Positions 1-7,997 of a stretch of 38,695 nt of DNA are shown here, piece after piece. Origin of the DNA: an uncultured Planctomycetia bacterium. GTDB lineage: Bacteria; Omnitrophota; Gorgyraeia; Tantalellales; Tantalellaceae. Position numbers and translations under genes: made by a program. How positions within the stretch are numbered: the first letter of the stretch is position 1; every line of letters starts with the position of its first letter. The stretch is taken from contig CAYZXR010000003.1 of assembly GCA_964482475.1 (NCBI GenBank), forward strand, positions 1 to 38,695, read 5' to 3'. Under the pieces are notes generated by a model. The model did no database searches and had not been told where the DNA came from. It was given only the letters and a program-made list of their open reading frames with translations.

Positions 1-55
1 TGTTTTTTTTAATATAGTAACCCCATTTGAATAATTAATATCCTCCTGGATAAAA
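1..55 (-). repeat. Window-edge fragment of a second, 5'-truncated copy of the 198..1163 methyltransferase gene
   Basis: nt 1-55 are base-for-base identical to nt 660-714 inside the methyltransferase CDS. Identity ends just before the RAYT-element terminal repeat (TACCAGAC...) starts at nt 57. Confidence 0.8.
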
Positions 56-56
56 A

Positions 57-155
57 TACCAGACGCTTTATGTAACACTATACATTAAAATAAGTTACAA
101 AACAAATCCGGGTATCCCTTTTCTTCGAGGAGTTCACCTGCCAAATCTTTTGAGT
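57..155 (-). mobile_element. Remnant of a RAYT-type element: terminal repeat plus the last ~20 transposase codons, inactivated
   Basis: 57-114 aligns with the terminal repeat at 25254-25311 (TACCAGAC...TTACAAAACAAATCCGGGTA). The minus-strand reading gives ..GR*TPRRKGIPGFVL* versus ..GRWLPRRKGIPGFVL* in the intact copy (TGG to TGA). Confidence 0.75.
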
Positions 156-197
156 AATTGCGAACCGTCCACAGTCGTTTAACGGGACGATGGGATG

Positions 198-1163
198 TTA
201 TTCCTTCCTTAAATAGAATCCCGCTTGGTCGCCATCACCGATCTGATTTAATCTATCAGCTTCTTTTTGAAAAGATCTTATTACTTTGTTTGAAAAAAAG
301 GCTTTTGCGTCACCTTCTGTATCTTTCAAAGAGATACCCCTCTGGTATAACTCACTTCCATAAAATTGAAAATCTCCCGAATCGTATTTTATATCAGGGA
401 TTGTAAGGTTCGCATTTTTTGCAAGAATTTCAATACTACGTACAGTATGCAAATAGAGATGTCTTGGAGCATCCAGCTGTACCCAGCAATTACCATATTT
501 TCTGTACGCATGGCTTGAAGCAAGTGGAACTCGGATCAAGGCTACCCCCCTATCAGTCAAAATTCTAGACAAAGATTTCATCACCTCTTGAGGGTTTTTC
601 ATGTGTTCAAAAGAATGATGCATCATTATAAAATCAAATTTTTCATCAATTTCTGATAATGTTTTTTTTAATATAGTAACCCCATTTGAATAATTAATAT
701 CCTCCTGGATAAAAGGGTCGATACCAACAAGTCTATTATTAAGAAATCCTTCCTCTCGGAGTTTTAACAGTAGGCCGCCTGATCCGCATCCAACATCTAA
801 AATGCTTGATGTTAACTCTACCCCGCCACATTTCAGCCATCCGAATATTGGCTTGGGTTTATAAAATAAATTTATAAACCCACCCAGTAGATTTTTTTTA
901 GACGAAAAATTCCAATTTGCTCTTAGTCCTTTAATATATTTTTTTACAGGCTTAAGTTTCTTTATATTCTCCTTTTTGAGAGAATAATAATCTTCTTTTG
1001 GATAGTACCTTCCCATGTTCGCGGGGATATCTTTTAGCTGTAGACATCCGCAATTGCTACACTGGAAATATTCAAAATCTTCTTTTATTCCCAGCATCAT
1101 TTCCCTTGCAATTAACGAAGTATTATCCGTTGTATTGCCACAAACCCCACACTTGTACTGCAT
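198..1163 (-). CDS. Class I SAM-dependent methyltransferase with N-terminal CxxC..CxxC zinc ribbon
   Basis: 321-aa ORF. CGVCG..CSNCGC zinc-ribbon pattern, SAM motif I ILDVGCGSGG, and a DAPRHL motif shared with the 1786..2625 paralog. AGGAGG lies 7 nt upstream of the ATG. Confidence 0.85.
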   Translation of the reverse strand: MQYKCGVCGNTTDNTSLIAREMMLGIKEDFEYFQCSNCGCLQLKDIPANMGRYYPKEDYYSLKKENIKKLKPVKKYIKGLRANWNFSSKKNLLGGFINLFYKPKPIFGWLKCGGVELTSSILDVGCGSGGLLLKLREEGFLNNRLVGIDPFIQEDINYSNGVTILKKTLSEIDEKFDFIMMHHSFEHMKNPQEVMKSLSRILTDRGVALIRVPLASSHAYRKYGNCWVQLDAPRHLYLHTVRSIEILAKNANLTIPDIKYDSGDFQFYGSELYQRGISLKDTEGDAKAFFSNKVIRSFQKEADRLNQIGDGDQAGFYLRKE

Positions 1164-1185
1164 ATAACTTCCTCCTGCTTTAAGA

Positions 1186-1440
1186 TACCAGACGCTTTAT
1201 GCAACCTATTATACCACATACAATTACAAAAGAAATATGTACACCTTTATCAGATCTTCTTCGTCATGAAATATTTCCAATCGCCTATTCGTCGATTCCA
1301 GATATGGTAGACCAAGTTTCCCATCAATTGATGCCTTCTAGCATAGTACGGCATAAAAAAACCTCCTTTTAGTTATTTGTCTCCTATATCATTAGAGACA
1401 CCAAAAAGAGGCTCATTCTTCCCCCCAATTATATAATTTA
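1186..1440 (-). mobile_element. Internally deleted, decayed RAYT element (MITE-like derivative)
   Basis: 1186-1245 resembles the terminal repeat (TACCAGACGCTTTATGCAAC...TTACAAAAG). 1250-1354 is homologous to the first ~30 transposase codons. 1355-1430 matches the leader of the intact copy (AAAGGAGG..., AGACACCAAAAAGAGGC at about 1396-1412 versus about 26008-26024). The opposite terminal repeat is missing. Confidence 0.7.
1250..1354 (-). pseudogene. N-terminal remnant of a RAYT transposase gene (34 codons)
   Basis: Translates as MPYYARRHQLMGNLVYHIWNRR... versus MPTKARQHQLQDNICYHIINRGNRR... for the intact 25292..25966 gene, then terminates. Confidence 0.7.
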
Positions 1441-1650
1441 AATATTTCTTTCACAACTCCTTGTATCATAGAGGGTTACACAAAGTGTCTTGCTTAGTTC
1501 ACATAGGTGCTTGTTTTTGACGAAAAAATTTTTTTCGAGTTGAATTTTAACCTGCGCCTGTTTTTCTAATGTTTCTGCATGGGAAGAGATACTACCAAAA
1601 GCTATTACGGAAGAGGTTGTTCGTATTGCTAACAGTAGTTTTGTTCTCAT
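1438..1650 (-). CDS. Hypothetical small protein with signal-peptide-like N-terminus (doubtful)
   Basis: 70-aa ORF with GGAG about 8 nt upstream. Its first ~48 codons coincide with the 145-bp repeat. The second repeat copy has TAG in place of the ATG, and the differences are mostly non-synonymous. Confidence 0.25.
   Translation of the reverse strand: MRTKLLLAIRTTSSVIAFGSISSHAETLEKQAQVKIQLEKNFFVKNKHLCELSKTLCVTLYDTRSCERNI
1504..1648. repeat. Left copy of a ~145-bp direct repeat bracketing the lipid cluster
   Basis: Aligns in the same orientation with 24359-24503 (TAGGTGCTTGTTTTTGACGAAAAAA...AACCTGCGCCTGTTTTT...ATGTTTCTGCATGG...GTATTGCTAACAGTA..TTTGTTCTC). Roughly 80% identity by eye. Confidence 0.85.
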
Positions 1651-1785
1651 GGAGGCTTCTCCAGTGTGGCTACCCTATTAGGACTCGAATAGGGCTAACC
1701 CAGAAGACTACAAGTGATCAAACTACAGAGGCAGAAACGGAATTGAGAAAAGGACAGTAGTAAAACTATAAAAAAATACCAAATT

Positions 1786-2625
1786 TCATATTTTTATCCT
1801 TTTTCTCGCTATCGTTGTTTTACTTACCCCCGGCAATAAGTACCTATTAAAAGTGAGTAGATGTAGAAAGGTTGCCAGCATGCCGAATGCGCACGAAGTG
1901 AATCTTTCTATTAAAGGCCTGGGGTAGGTCATTCCCCCGATATACGTACGAATAGTGTCAAATCCGATTTTTTCAAGCAAACGTTTGAGCGTTTGCGGCG
2001 AAAAATCCGTAAGATGTGATGGTGCATCGTACAATTTGTTAGGGATATTGAATGCTTTTAGCAGTGTAACGATTGGTGTGGTGTGCGGAACTCTTATGAG
2101 CAGGATACCTGAGGGTTTTAATATTCGGTAAACCTCTTTCAGATATCGGGCGGGGTTTGGGAGGTGTTCCAAGACATAGAACATTGTAATTATATCGAAC
2201 TCGTTGTCTTGATACGTTTTTTCGAATAATATCGAATTCGAGACGGACAGACCTTTGTTCTTAGCATATTGAACAGCCTGTTTGGAGAGATCTATCCCGT
2301 AGGTGTCCCATCCGGTATCCGAAGCAGCTTCTAGGAAAAACCCGTGAGCACAACCGATATCCAGCAGTTTTCCCCGTTTTTCCGTTTTGTTGATAATCTT
2401 CAATGATTCCCGAAAGACCCCGGACATCATTTTTCCCCATTCGGTGATATTGTCGGAGCTTTCTGGAAGATAATTCTGGTAGTGTTCTTCCAGAAAGTTT
2501 TCGCTAGGTTGAGGGTTTACATAAACAAGTCCACAGACATTACATTGGACGATGTTCCAGTCACCCTCTTTTTTTATGAGCCGAGTATCATCACTGTTGC
2601 AGATTTGGCACTTGATCTGTTCCAT
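1786..2625 (-). CDS. Class I SAM-dependent methyltransferase with N-terminal zinc ribbon (last gene of the cluster)
   Basis: 279 aa. CQIC..CNVCG, motif I LLDIGCAHGFF, FDIITMFYVLEHL, and DAPSHL. Paralogous in layout to 198..1163. Confidence 0.85.
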   Translation of the reverse strand: MEQIKCQICNSDDTRLIKKEGDWNIVQCNVCGLVYVNPQPSENFLEEHYQNYLPESSDNITEWGKMMSGVFRESLKIINKTEKRGKLLDIGCAHGFFLEAASDTGWDTYGIDLSKQAVQYAKNKGLSVSNSILFEKTYQDNEFDIITMFYVLEHLPNPARYLKEVYRILKPSGILLIRVPHTTPIVTLLKAFNIPNKLYDAPSHLTDFSPQTLKRLLEKIGFDTIRTYIGGMTYPRPLIERFTSCAFGMLATFLHLLTFNRYLLPGVSKTTIARKRIKI

Positions 2626-2630
2626 ATGGT

Positions 2631-3230
2631 CTATGTCAGATCCTCTATTTCAGAAACAACATCATTCTGGAAGTGTACGATCATTTCCCCAGTACCTTTG
2701 TTTTTGTTATAATACCATTGATTACTATCCATAACTTGATCAAAAGTATAATACCAGGCTTTTTGACCTGGTCCGATCCATGCCGGGCAGCCTCGGATTA
2801 TGTACACCTCATCTTTAGTCATACCCAGGCTGGGAACCATGCCTACAAACCGCCCCTTTGTTTTTTTATTCAGACCCTCTATTTGTAAACTTGCCACATC
2901 TTCCACAAAATATTTGTCATAATCACTTGAGCGAACTTCTAGTTTATACTTTCTTTCACCTCCAGGTAGATTAAACTTAATGTATTTTGTTCCTGCTCCT
3001 ATTATTACTACCTCTGTGCCAGCCGGAATACGTTGTCCTACGTTTGTCATATTATGAAAATAAATGGTTGAACCATTTGCTTTCAAATTTGATCGGGTAT
3101 ATGCCGTTTGTCCCACAAGCGCTTTCGTGTCAGATGCCAGAGAGTTTTTGTTACAAAGTCCAAAAACGAACGCTACACACAAAAATGCCGTAATAATTTT
3201 TTTCACTTTAACTCCTTTTTTGAAAAACAT
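2631..3230 (-). CDS. Secreted protein, paralog A, with BamE (SmpA/OmlA)-like C-terminal pattern
   Basis: 199 aa with an N-terminal hydrophobic signal. Shares Y..R.NLK..G..IYFHNM...IP.GT.V.I...YK...KYFV...GCPA.IG.G.K.W...WYYN...MIV.F.ND.VS.I with the next gene. Its ATG overlaps the upstream stop (TAATG). Confidence 0.6.
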   Translation of the reverse strand: MFFKKGVKVKKIITAFLCVAFVFGLCNKNSLASDTKALVGQTAYTRSNLKANGSTIYFHNMTNVGQRIPAGTEVVIIGAGTKYIKFNLPGGERKYKLEVRSSDYDKYFVEDVASLQIEGLNKKTKGRFVGMVPSLGMTKDEVYIIRGCPAWIGPGQKAWYYTFDQVMDSNQWYYNKNKGTGEMIVHFQNDVVSEIEDLT

Positions 3231-3802
3231 TATCGGTTCGTGATGTTTGAGACTTTATCATTTTTGAAGTTTACTATCATCTCTCTTCTGCGAGTATCCA
3301 GGTTGTAATACCAGGTGTTGCTTGCCATAAGCTCTTCAAGCGTTTTACCCCAGCTTTTTTCCCCGATACCAATGTAAGCAGGACATCCTTTAGACACAAA
3401 AACTTCGTTTTTAGGCATGCCCTCATAAATCTCCATGTCCTTTATGGCCGTTTTTGCCTTATCCCTCATGTCCTGCAGACCGATTTCATTTTTATTGTTT
3501 ACGAAATACTTACTATAAACATTACAGAGATCTGTTATCTTATAAGTTTTCTCACTGCCCTCTATTCTAAAACTAATAGTTTTTCCACTTGTCCCTTTTA
3601 TTGTCACAGGAGTACCCACAGGTATAATACCTCCCTCCTTACTCATGTTATGAAAATACACTATCCTACCCTTGTACTTTAAATTTGTACGCGTGATAAA
3701 CTTCTCGCCCTTAATGGGTGCGCCCTCAGCGGCAAAAGAAACATTTGAAAAAACGAACAAAGCACATAACAAACAAGTCATTACTGAAACAAATTTCTTC
3801 AT
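3230..3802 (-). CDS. Secreted protein, paralog B of 2631..3230
   Basis: 190 aa. Signal peptide ending SFA-AE. AGGAGG upstream of the ATG. Same conserved blocks as paralog A. Confidence 0.6.
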   Translation of the reverse strand: MKKFVSVMTCLLCALFVFSNVSFAAEGAPIKGEKFITRTNLKYKGRIVYFHNMSKEGGIIPVGTPVTIKGTSGKTISFRIEGSEKTYKITDLCNVYSKYFVNNKNEIGLQDMRDKAKTAIKDMEIYEGMPKNEVFVSKGCPAYIGIGEKSWGKTLEELMASNTWYYNLDTRRREMIVNFKNDKVSNITNR

Positions 3803-3837
3803 AATCTACCTCCTATTGATTTGTCCATAAAAGTTCT

Positions 3838-4356
3838 CTAACTTCGCATCTCGTTCATAATTTCTTTATCTGTCAGGATTTTTTCATTTGTGCGATAAAT
3901 TACTCCTCCTAATGCACGGCCAATAGTCCAGGCAGAAGCCTCATTAACTTTTATTTCTTTTGACCACGAATTGTCCGGTGTTGACAACAAAACAGTTATG
4001 TACATTCTTACGACAGCAAAACCTTGCACCGACCTCAAATTAGATATTTTTACCAGTAGTTCATTAGGACTTGTGGGGGATATTTCAACGCCTCTGTCTT
4101 GAAGTTCTTCTGACAGTTCATCAATCAAAAATTGTGTCCATTCATTAAGGTCCGCGGCCAAGCCGCTATAGAAACTAAGTGGTGTTGCATCAGGTTGGTT
4201 GTTGATAAGATTGACAGAGTAATCTTCAGGAAAGGGACCTACAAGATCGGTAGGAAGCTTCATTCCTGAACCGGGATGTAAAGTTGTGACACATCCCGAC
4301 AAGGCAATAACTGCAATACAAAGGATGATTGTCCTTAGCATGATAGATCTGAACAT
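3838..4356 (-). CDS. Lipoprotein of unknown function
   Basis: 172 aa. Signal peptide with lipobox ALSGC. AAGGAG upstream of the ATG. Confidence 0.65.
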   Translation of the reverse strand: MFRSIMLRTIILCIAVIALSGCVTTLHPGSGMKLPTDLVGPFPEDYSVNLINNQPDATPLSFYSGLAADLNEWTQFLIDELSEELQDRGVEISPTSPNELLVKISNLRSVQGFAVVRMYITVLLSTPDNSWSKEIKVNEASAWTIGRALGGVIYRTNEKILTDKEIMNEMRS

Positions 4357-4374
4357 GACTACTGCTCCTTTTTG

Positions 4375-4821
4375 TTAGGTTTTCCTCGAAAGGGCAAACT
4401 CCCCTTTTGCGACTGTTGTTTCGCCCACTTTGCTTTCAACGGAAACTTTTACCATATTCCCATATGATGCTATTACATTAGCTGTAGATTGCACTTCTTG
4501 TCCAGGGAACACAGGGGCTTTGAATTTCATATCCATGACACGCGACAGGTAAAACACCGCAGAATTCTCTTTAGATTTTTTTTCACTCGTTAAAGTGCTT
4601 GATGTGGCAATGCCTGCAGTTTGAGCCATGCTCTCTATAAGCAATACACCCGGAACTATTGGGTTCCCGGGAAAATGGCCTTTGAAATATTCTTCTTTTT
4701 CGTCAAATATTTTTGAGGTAGTCACACTGTTCTCATCTGCTTGTAAGATTTTATCTACAAATACAAACGGAGGCCTGTGTGGTAACAAATCTGCTATGTC
4801 AAATTTTGTCAGATCATTCAT
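4375..4821 (-). CDS. fabZ: 3-hydroxyacyl-ACP dehydratase, FabZ/FabA hot-dog family
   Basis: HRPPFVFVDKI and GHFPGNPIVPGVLLIESMAQ motifs. I place the start at the internal ATG 4821 (MNDLTKF...), which overlaps the ACP stop as ATGAATGA. The longer ORF to 4884 would overlap the ACP gene by 71 nt. Confidence 0.85.
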   Translation of the reverse strand: MNDLTKFDIADLLPHRPPFVFVDKILQADENSVTTSKIFDEKEEYFKGHFPGNPIVPGVLLIESMAQTAGIATSSTLTSEKKSKENSAVFYLSRVMDMKFKAPVFPGQEVQSTANVIASYGNMVKVSVESKVGETTVAKGEFALSRKT

Positions 4822-5083
4822 TTTCTTGCTGTTTTTCCCTAATATAATTGACCATGCTATCAACTGAAACAAGTACTTTTGCACCTACTCCCGCATCGGG
4901 GATCCTTACCTTGAATCTTTTTTCCAACGCGACAACCAGCTCCAGCGCGTCTATAGAATCCAGACCTAAACCTTCCCCAAAAATCTTATCATCATTTTTT
5001 ATTTCTTCCGGCGCAATCTTTAATCTCAAATCTTGTACCAGCATTACCTTTACTTCTTCGTAAAGTTTTTGACTTTGTTCCAT
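4814..5083 (-). CDS. Acyl carrier protein
   Basis: 89 aa. Phosphopantetheine site LGLDSIDALELV. AAGGAG upstream of the ATG. Confidence 0.9.
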   Translation of the reverse strand: MEQSQKLYEEVKVMLVQDLRLKIAPEEIKNDDKIFGEGLGLDSIDALELVVALEKRFKVRIPDAGVGAKVLVSVDSMVNYIREKQQENE

Positions 5084-5143
5084 ATTTACGGTGCTCCTTT
5101 CTATGAGTTTCGAACTAACATTTGAAGATATTATTATACCTCA

Positions 5144-5806
5144 TTATTGTTCCTTTGTGCTTCTATATTGTAACTTTTTTATAACAAAAGGTATTGTTCC
5201 CAGTGCAAACATGAGTAAAAGAGACAGCTTGAATCCCCAGCTATGCGGAAAGAAAATTCTGCTTCCAAAATACGTATATAACAAACTCATAGGAATGAGT
5301 GCTATCAAGCTTGATAAATAAAAATCTCTGAATTTCATTTGTGAGCATCCTGCCCAATAACTTACCAGATCCCAAGGCACATTAAAAAACCGCATACTTA
5401 AGACTGTGTTTTTGCCGTATAGTTTAATCCAATTGTCTAATTTTTGTGTCGATTTCCATGAACCGCATAAACGCTGTAGAGTCTCCTTTCCTGCCCATCT
5501 AGCGAAATAGAAACCTACACAGGTAGAAAAGGCTCCACCTATTACAACATATACCGTTCCCCAGACAGGGCCGAATAGCACTCCCGCTACGATTGAGAGT
5601 CCCAGTGTTGGTATGAAAAAAAGAAGCGGTCGAAAGCTGCAAATTAAAATGAAACAAACGGGAGCGACCGTTCCATATCGGGTGATGAATTCGGCAATTA
5701 CATCCGGGTTGAAGACCTTGTAGTATTTTATGCCTATAAATAACAAGACCACAATTACTAAAGATTTCATTAAAACAGATATTTTCAGATGCTTAAATAG
5801 GTTCAT
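5144..5806 (-). CDS. DedA / TVP38-TMEM64 family integral membrane protein
   Basis: 220 aa, multi-TM. VAGVLFGPVWGTVYVVIGGAFSTCVGFYFARWAGKE is typical of the family. Confidence 0.7.
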   Translation of the reverse strand: MNLFKHLKISVLMKSLVIVVLLFIGIKYYKVFNPDVIAEFITRYGTVAPVCFILICSFRPLLFFIPTLGLSIVAGVLFGPVWGTVYVVIGGAFSTCVGFYFARWAGKETLQRLCGSWKSTQKLDNWIKLYGKNTVLSMRFFNVPWDLVSYWAGCSQMKFRDFYLSSLIALIPMSLLYTYFGSRIFFPHSWGFKLSLLLMFALGTIPFVIKKLQYRSTKEQ

Positions 5807-5808
5807 TT

Positions 5809-7245
5809 CTACAAAATCACCATCTTTTTATTCGTTATTGACGAAACTGTTTTTAAAGCGGAAATGGCGACTGGAAGCATCCCTCCGCCAAAACCTGCCC
5901 AGTGTCCAACCACGTGAAAATTATTCATAATCTTACAGAGAACAGGAAGATTCATATAGAACCCTGCTTTTTGACTCCATCCATATGCAGCACCGTTAGA
6001 GTTGCCCGTGTATCTTAAGAAAGTCCCCGCATCGGCAACGCGCCGTAGAGTTATGCACTCTGAAAACCCCGGGATGATTTTATTTACAGATTCTATCAAG
6101 CTATCCGCTATTCTGTTCTTATCAACTAGCGCCCTCTCTTCACACAAAGGGCAGTGAATAATAAACGTATGACATCCGCGGGGAGCAGTTGTAGAATCAC
6201 TAATGGAAGGGATGCTCAACCCATAAGAGATATTTTCGTTTATGTTCAGCATATCATCTGTTTCATATGACGGAAAATATCCAATGCTACTGGCAATTTT
6301 GTGTTCATCAAGATCTATCTTAGCGCCGATATACGCAATTACAAAAGAACCGGAGACTTCCATATCTTTTATTTTTACTGCTTTTTTCTCTTCTATCTCG
6401 TCGCTGTCGATCATAGTGTTTACAACCGTTTTTAAGTCGATGTCTGAAATAATATGTTTTGCCTGAAATTCTTCGCCGGTTTCTGTTTTAATACCTATGG
6501 CTATGCTTGCATTCGAAAGTATCTTTTTTACGGTTTTACCATAAAAGACTATGCCGGAATTTTTCTCAATAACCTTAACTAAAGCCTCTGCCAGATTTTG
6601 CAGTCCACCCTTTACTCTGAATGCCCCTCCCTCAAGATAATGCATCAAAGTGTTTACCGCCAGAATAGAAGAAACCTGAGATGAAGGTAATCCTAAAAAA
6701 TTACAATAAGACGAAAGTGCCGCCTTAAGTTTCTTGTCGGAGAGGTAATCATCCAAAATCGCCGCAAAAGGTTTCCCCAGCCAGTTATAATGCGCGCTGA
6801 TGCCGTTGTTTGTGCCGCTAAAAATAGAAGCTACTGATTGTTTGTATATATTCCCCATGAGGGAAAATAAAGAATTGATCCCTTCTATCTCTGACGGGAA
6901 TAGTTTGCTGAGAGTCTCCTTATATTCGGTGGTGCTCCCAGGGATATCTATTGTGAAGTTGGGGAAAATATTCCGTCTTATGGGTTCAAGAGGAATAAAA
7001 TCCAGTTGTGTTTCAATGTCTAGCTCTTTTAAAATACCCCGTATGATCTCTCCGTCCTTCATAGCGCCCATAGCATCAACAGCTACGTCGAATGTATGTC
7101 CTCCACTCTTGAATGAGGCACAAAGCCCTCCCGCGTAGTTCTCTTTTTCGAAAATAGCGACCCGATACCCTTCTTTGGAAAGAAGGGCAGCTGAGATCAA
7201 CCCTCCGAACCCGGCACCTATCACTATGACATCATACTTTTTCAT
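5809..7245 (-). CDS. FAD-dependent oxidoreductase, phytoene desaturase (CrtI)-like family
   Basis: 478 aa. N-terminal Rossmann motif DVIVIGAGFGGLISAALLSKEGYRVAIFEKENYAGG. Length and C-terminal GHW..GGG pattern fit the CrtI/RetSat-like family. Confidence 0.8.
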   Translation of the reverse strand: MKKYDVIVIGAGFGGLISAALLSKEGYRVAIFEKENYAGGLCASFKSGGHTFDVAVDAMGAMKDGEIIRGILKELDIETQLDFIPLEPIRRNIFPNFTIDIPGSTTEYKETLSKLFPSEIEGINSLFSLMGNIYKQSVASIFSGTNNGISAHYNWLGKPFAAILDDYLSDKKLKAALSSYCNFLGLPSSQVSSILAVNTLMHYLEGGAFRVKGGLQNLAEALVKVIEKNSGIVFYGKTVKKILSNASIAIGIKTETGEEFQAKHIISDIDLKTVVNTMIDSDEIEEKKAVKIKDMEVSGSFVIAYIGAKIDLDEHKIASSIGYFPSYETDDMLNINENISYGLSIPSISDSTTAPRGCHTFIIHCPLCEERALVDKNRIADSLIESVNKIIPGFSECITLRRVADAGTFLRYTGNSNGAAYGWSQKAGFYMNLPVLCKIMNNFHVVGHWAGFGGGMLPVAISALKTVSSITNKKMVIL

Positions 7246-7247
7246 CT

Positions 7248-7997
7248 TTAGGTGAGACCCCCGTCTATTGCCAATACAATCCCTGTAATGTAACTCGCTG
7301 CATCAGAAGCTAAAAATAGAACCCCACCTGAAATTTCTTCAGGCTTGCCGAAGCGTTTTAATGGAATCTTTTCTAGAAATGTCTCGCGTTTATCCGCCAG
7401 ATCTTTTACCATATCTGTTTCTATGAAACCGGGCGCGATTGTGTTTACTTGAATACCGTATGGTGCTAGCTCCAATGCTAAAGATTTCGTAAAACTTATC
7501 ATCCCTCCCTTTGAAGCGGAATAATTGGTTTGACCCGCGACTCCCTTTAAGGCACTGACAGAACTTATATTTATTATTTTGCCCGCACGTTGGCCGATCA
7601 TCATCCTGGAGACCCACTTACATATGTGATACAACCCCTTAAGATTAACATCCTGAACCAAATCCCAATCTTCTTCGCTCATCATTGCGAGATATACATC
7701 TCGCTTTAAACCGGCATTATTCACAAGAATATCAATGTGACCGTATTTTTCAGTAATTTCTGCCATCATCTTTTCAATGTCCTCTTTACTTCCTATGTCA
7801 GCACGCACTATCTCTATCTTGTGCCCCTGCTCCGTCAACTCTTCCTCCAAACTATGCGCCATTTTTTCACTTTTATTATAATTAGCTATAACTTGAGCAC
7901 CCGCTTGAGCGAAGGAAATAGCAAGAGCTCTTCCTATACCCCTACTGGCGCCCGTAATTAAAACAACTTTGTTTTCAAATTCTCCTATTCTTTTCAT
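7248..7997 (-). CDS. fabG: 3-oxoacyl-ACP reductase (SDR), FabG-like
   Basis: TGASRGIGRALA, NNAG and YSASKGG motifs. The start is moved to ATG 7997, which has AGGAGG upstream and overlaps the upstream stop as TGATG. Confidence 0.9.
   Translation of the reverse strand: MKRIGEFENKVVLITGASRGIGRALAISFAQAGAQVIANYNKSEKMAHSLEEELTEQGHKIEIVRADIGSKEDIEKMMAEITEKYGHIDILVNNAGLKRDVYLAMMSEEDWDLVQDVNLKGLYHICKWVSRMMIGQRAGKIINISSVSALKGVAGQTNYSASKGGMISFTKSLALELAPYGIQVNTIAPGFIETDMVKDLADKRETFLEKIPLKRFGKPEEISGGVLFLASDAASYITGIVLAIDGGLT

Noticed and set aside
1504-1648. The 145-bp direct repeats considered as attL/attR of a recently integrated element
   Set aside because: Identity is only about 80%. No integrase gene or tRNA target is in the window. 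I kept this as an island-like context observation only.
1651-1785. Possible cobalamin riboswitch (GCCACACTGG on the minus strand, near B12-dependent genes) or terminator hairpin CCCTATT-N8-AATAGGG at 1673-1694
   Set aside because: The B12-box match is imperfect and lies downstream of the operon, and there is not enough space for a ~200-nt aptamer. The hairpin lacks a following U-tract.
4822-4884. Longer N-terminal extensions of the FabZ-like ORF (to 4884), the FabG ORF (to 8021), the SPASM radical SAM ORF (to 11813) and the HTH ORF (to 24196)
   Set aside because: The extensions overlap the upstream gene by 25-110 nt or lack an RBS. Internal ATGs give the short overlaps or SD spacing seen elsewhere in the operon.
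5084-5143. Internal promoter in the 60-nt gap upstream of the ACP gene (TATAAT on the minus strand at 5133-5138)
   Set aside because: The -35 is weak (AGCACA), and TATAAT is expected by chance in AT-rich sequence. That is not enough to call a feature.
7390-7617. Same-strand nested ORFs 7390-7617 (inside FabG) and 23294-23485 (inside the ATP-grasp gene)
   Set aside because: They are out of frame within genes whose main frame carries clear catalytic motifs, and nothing supports them independently.
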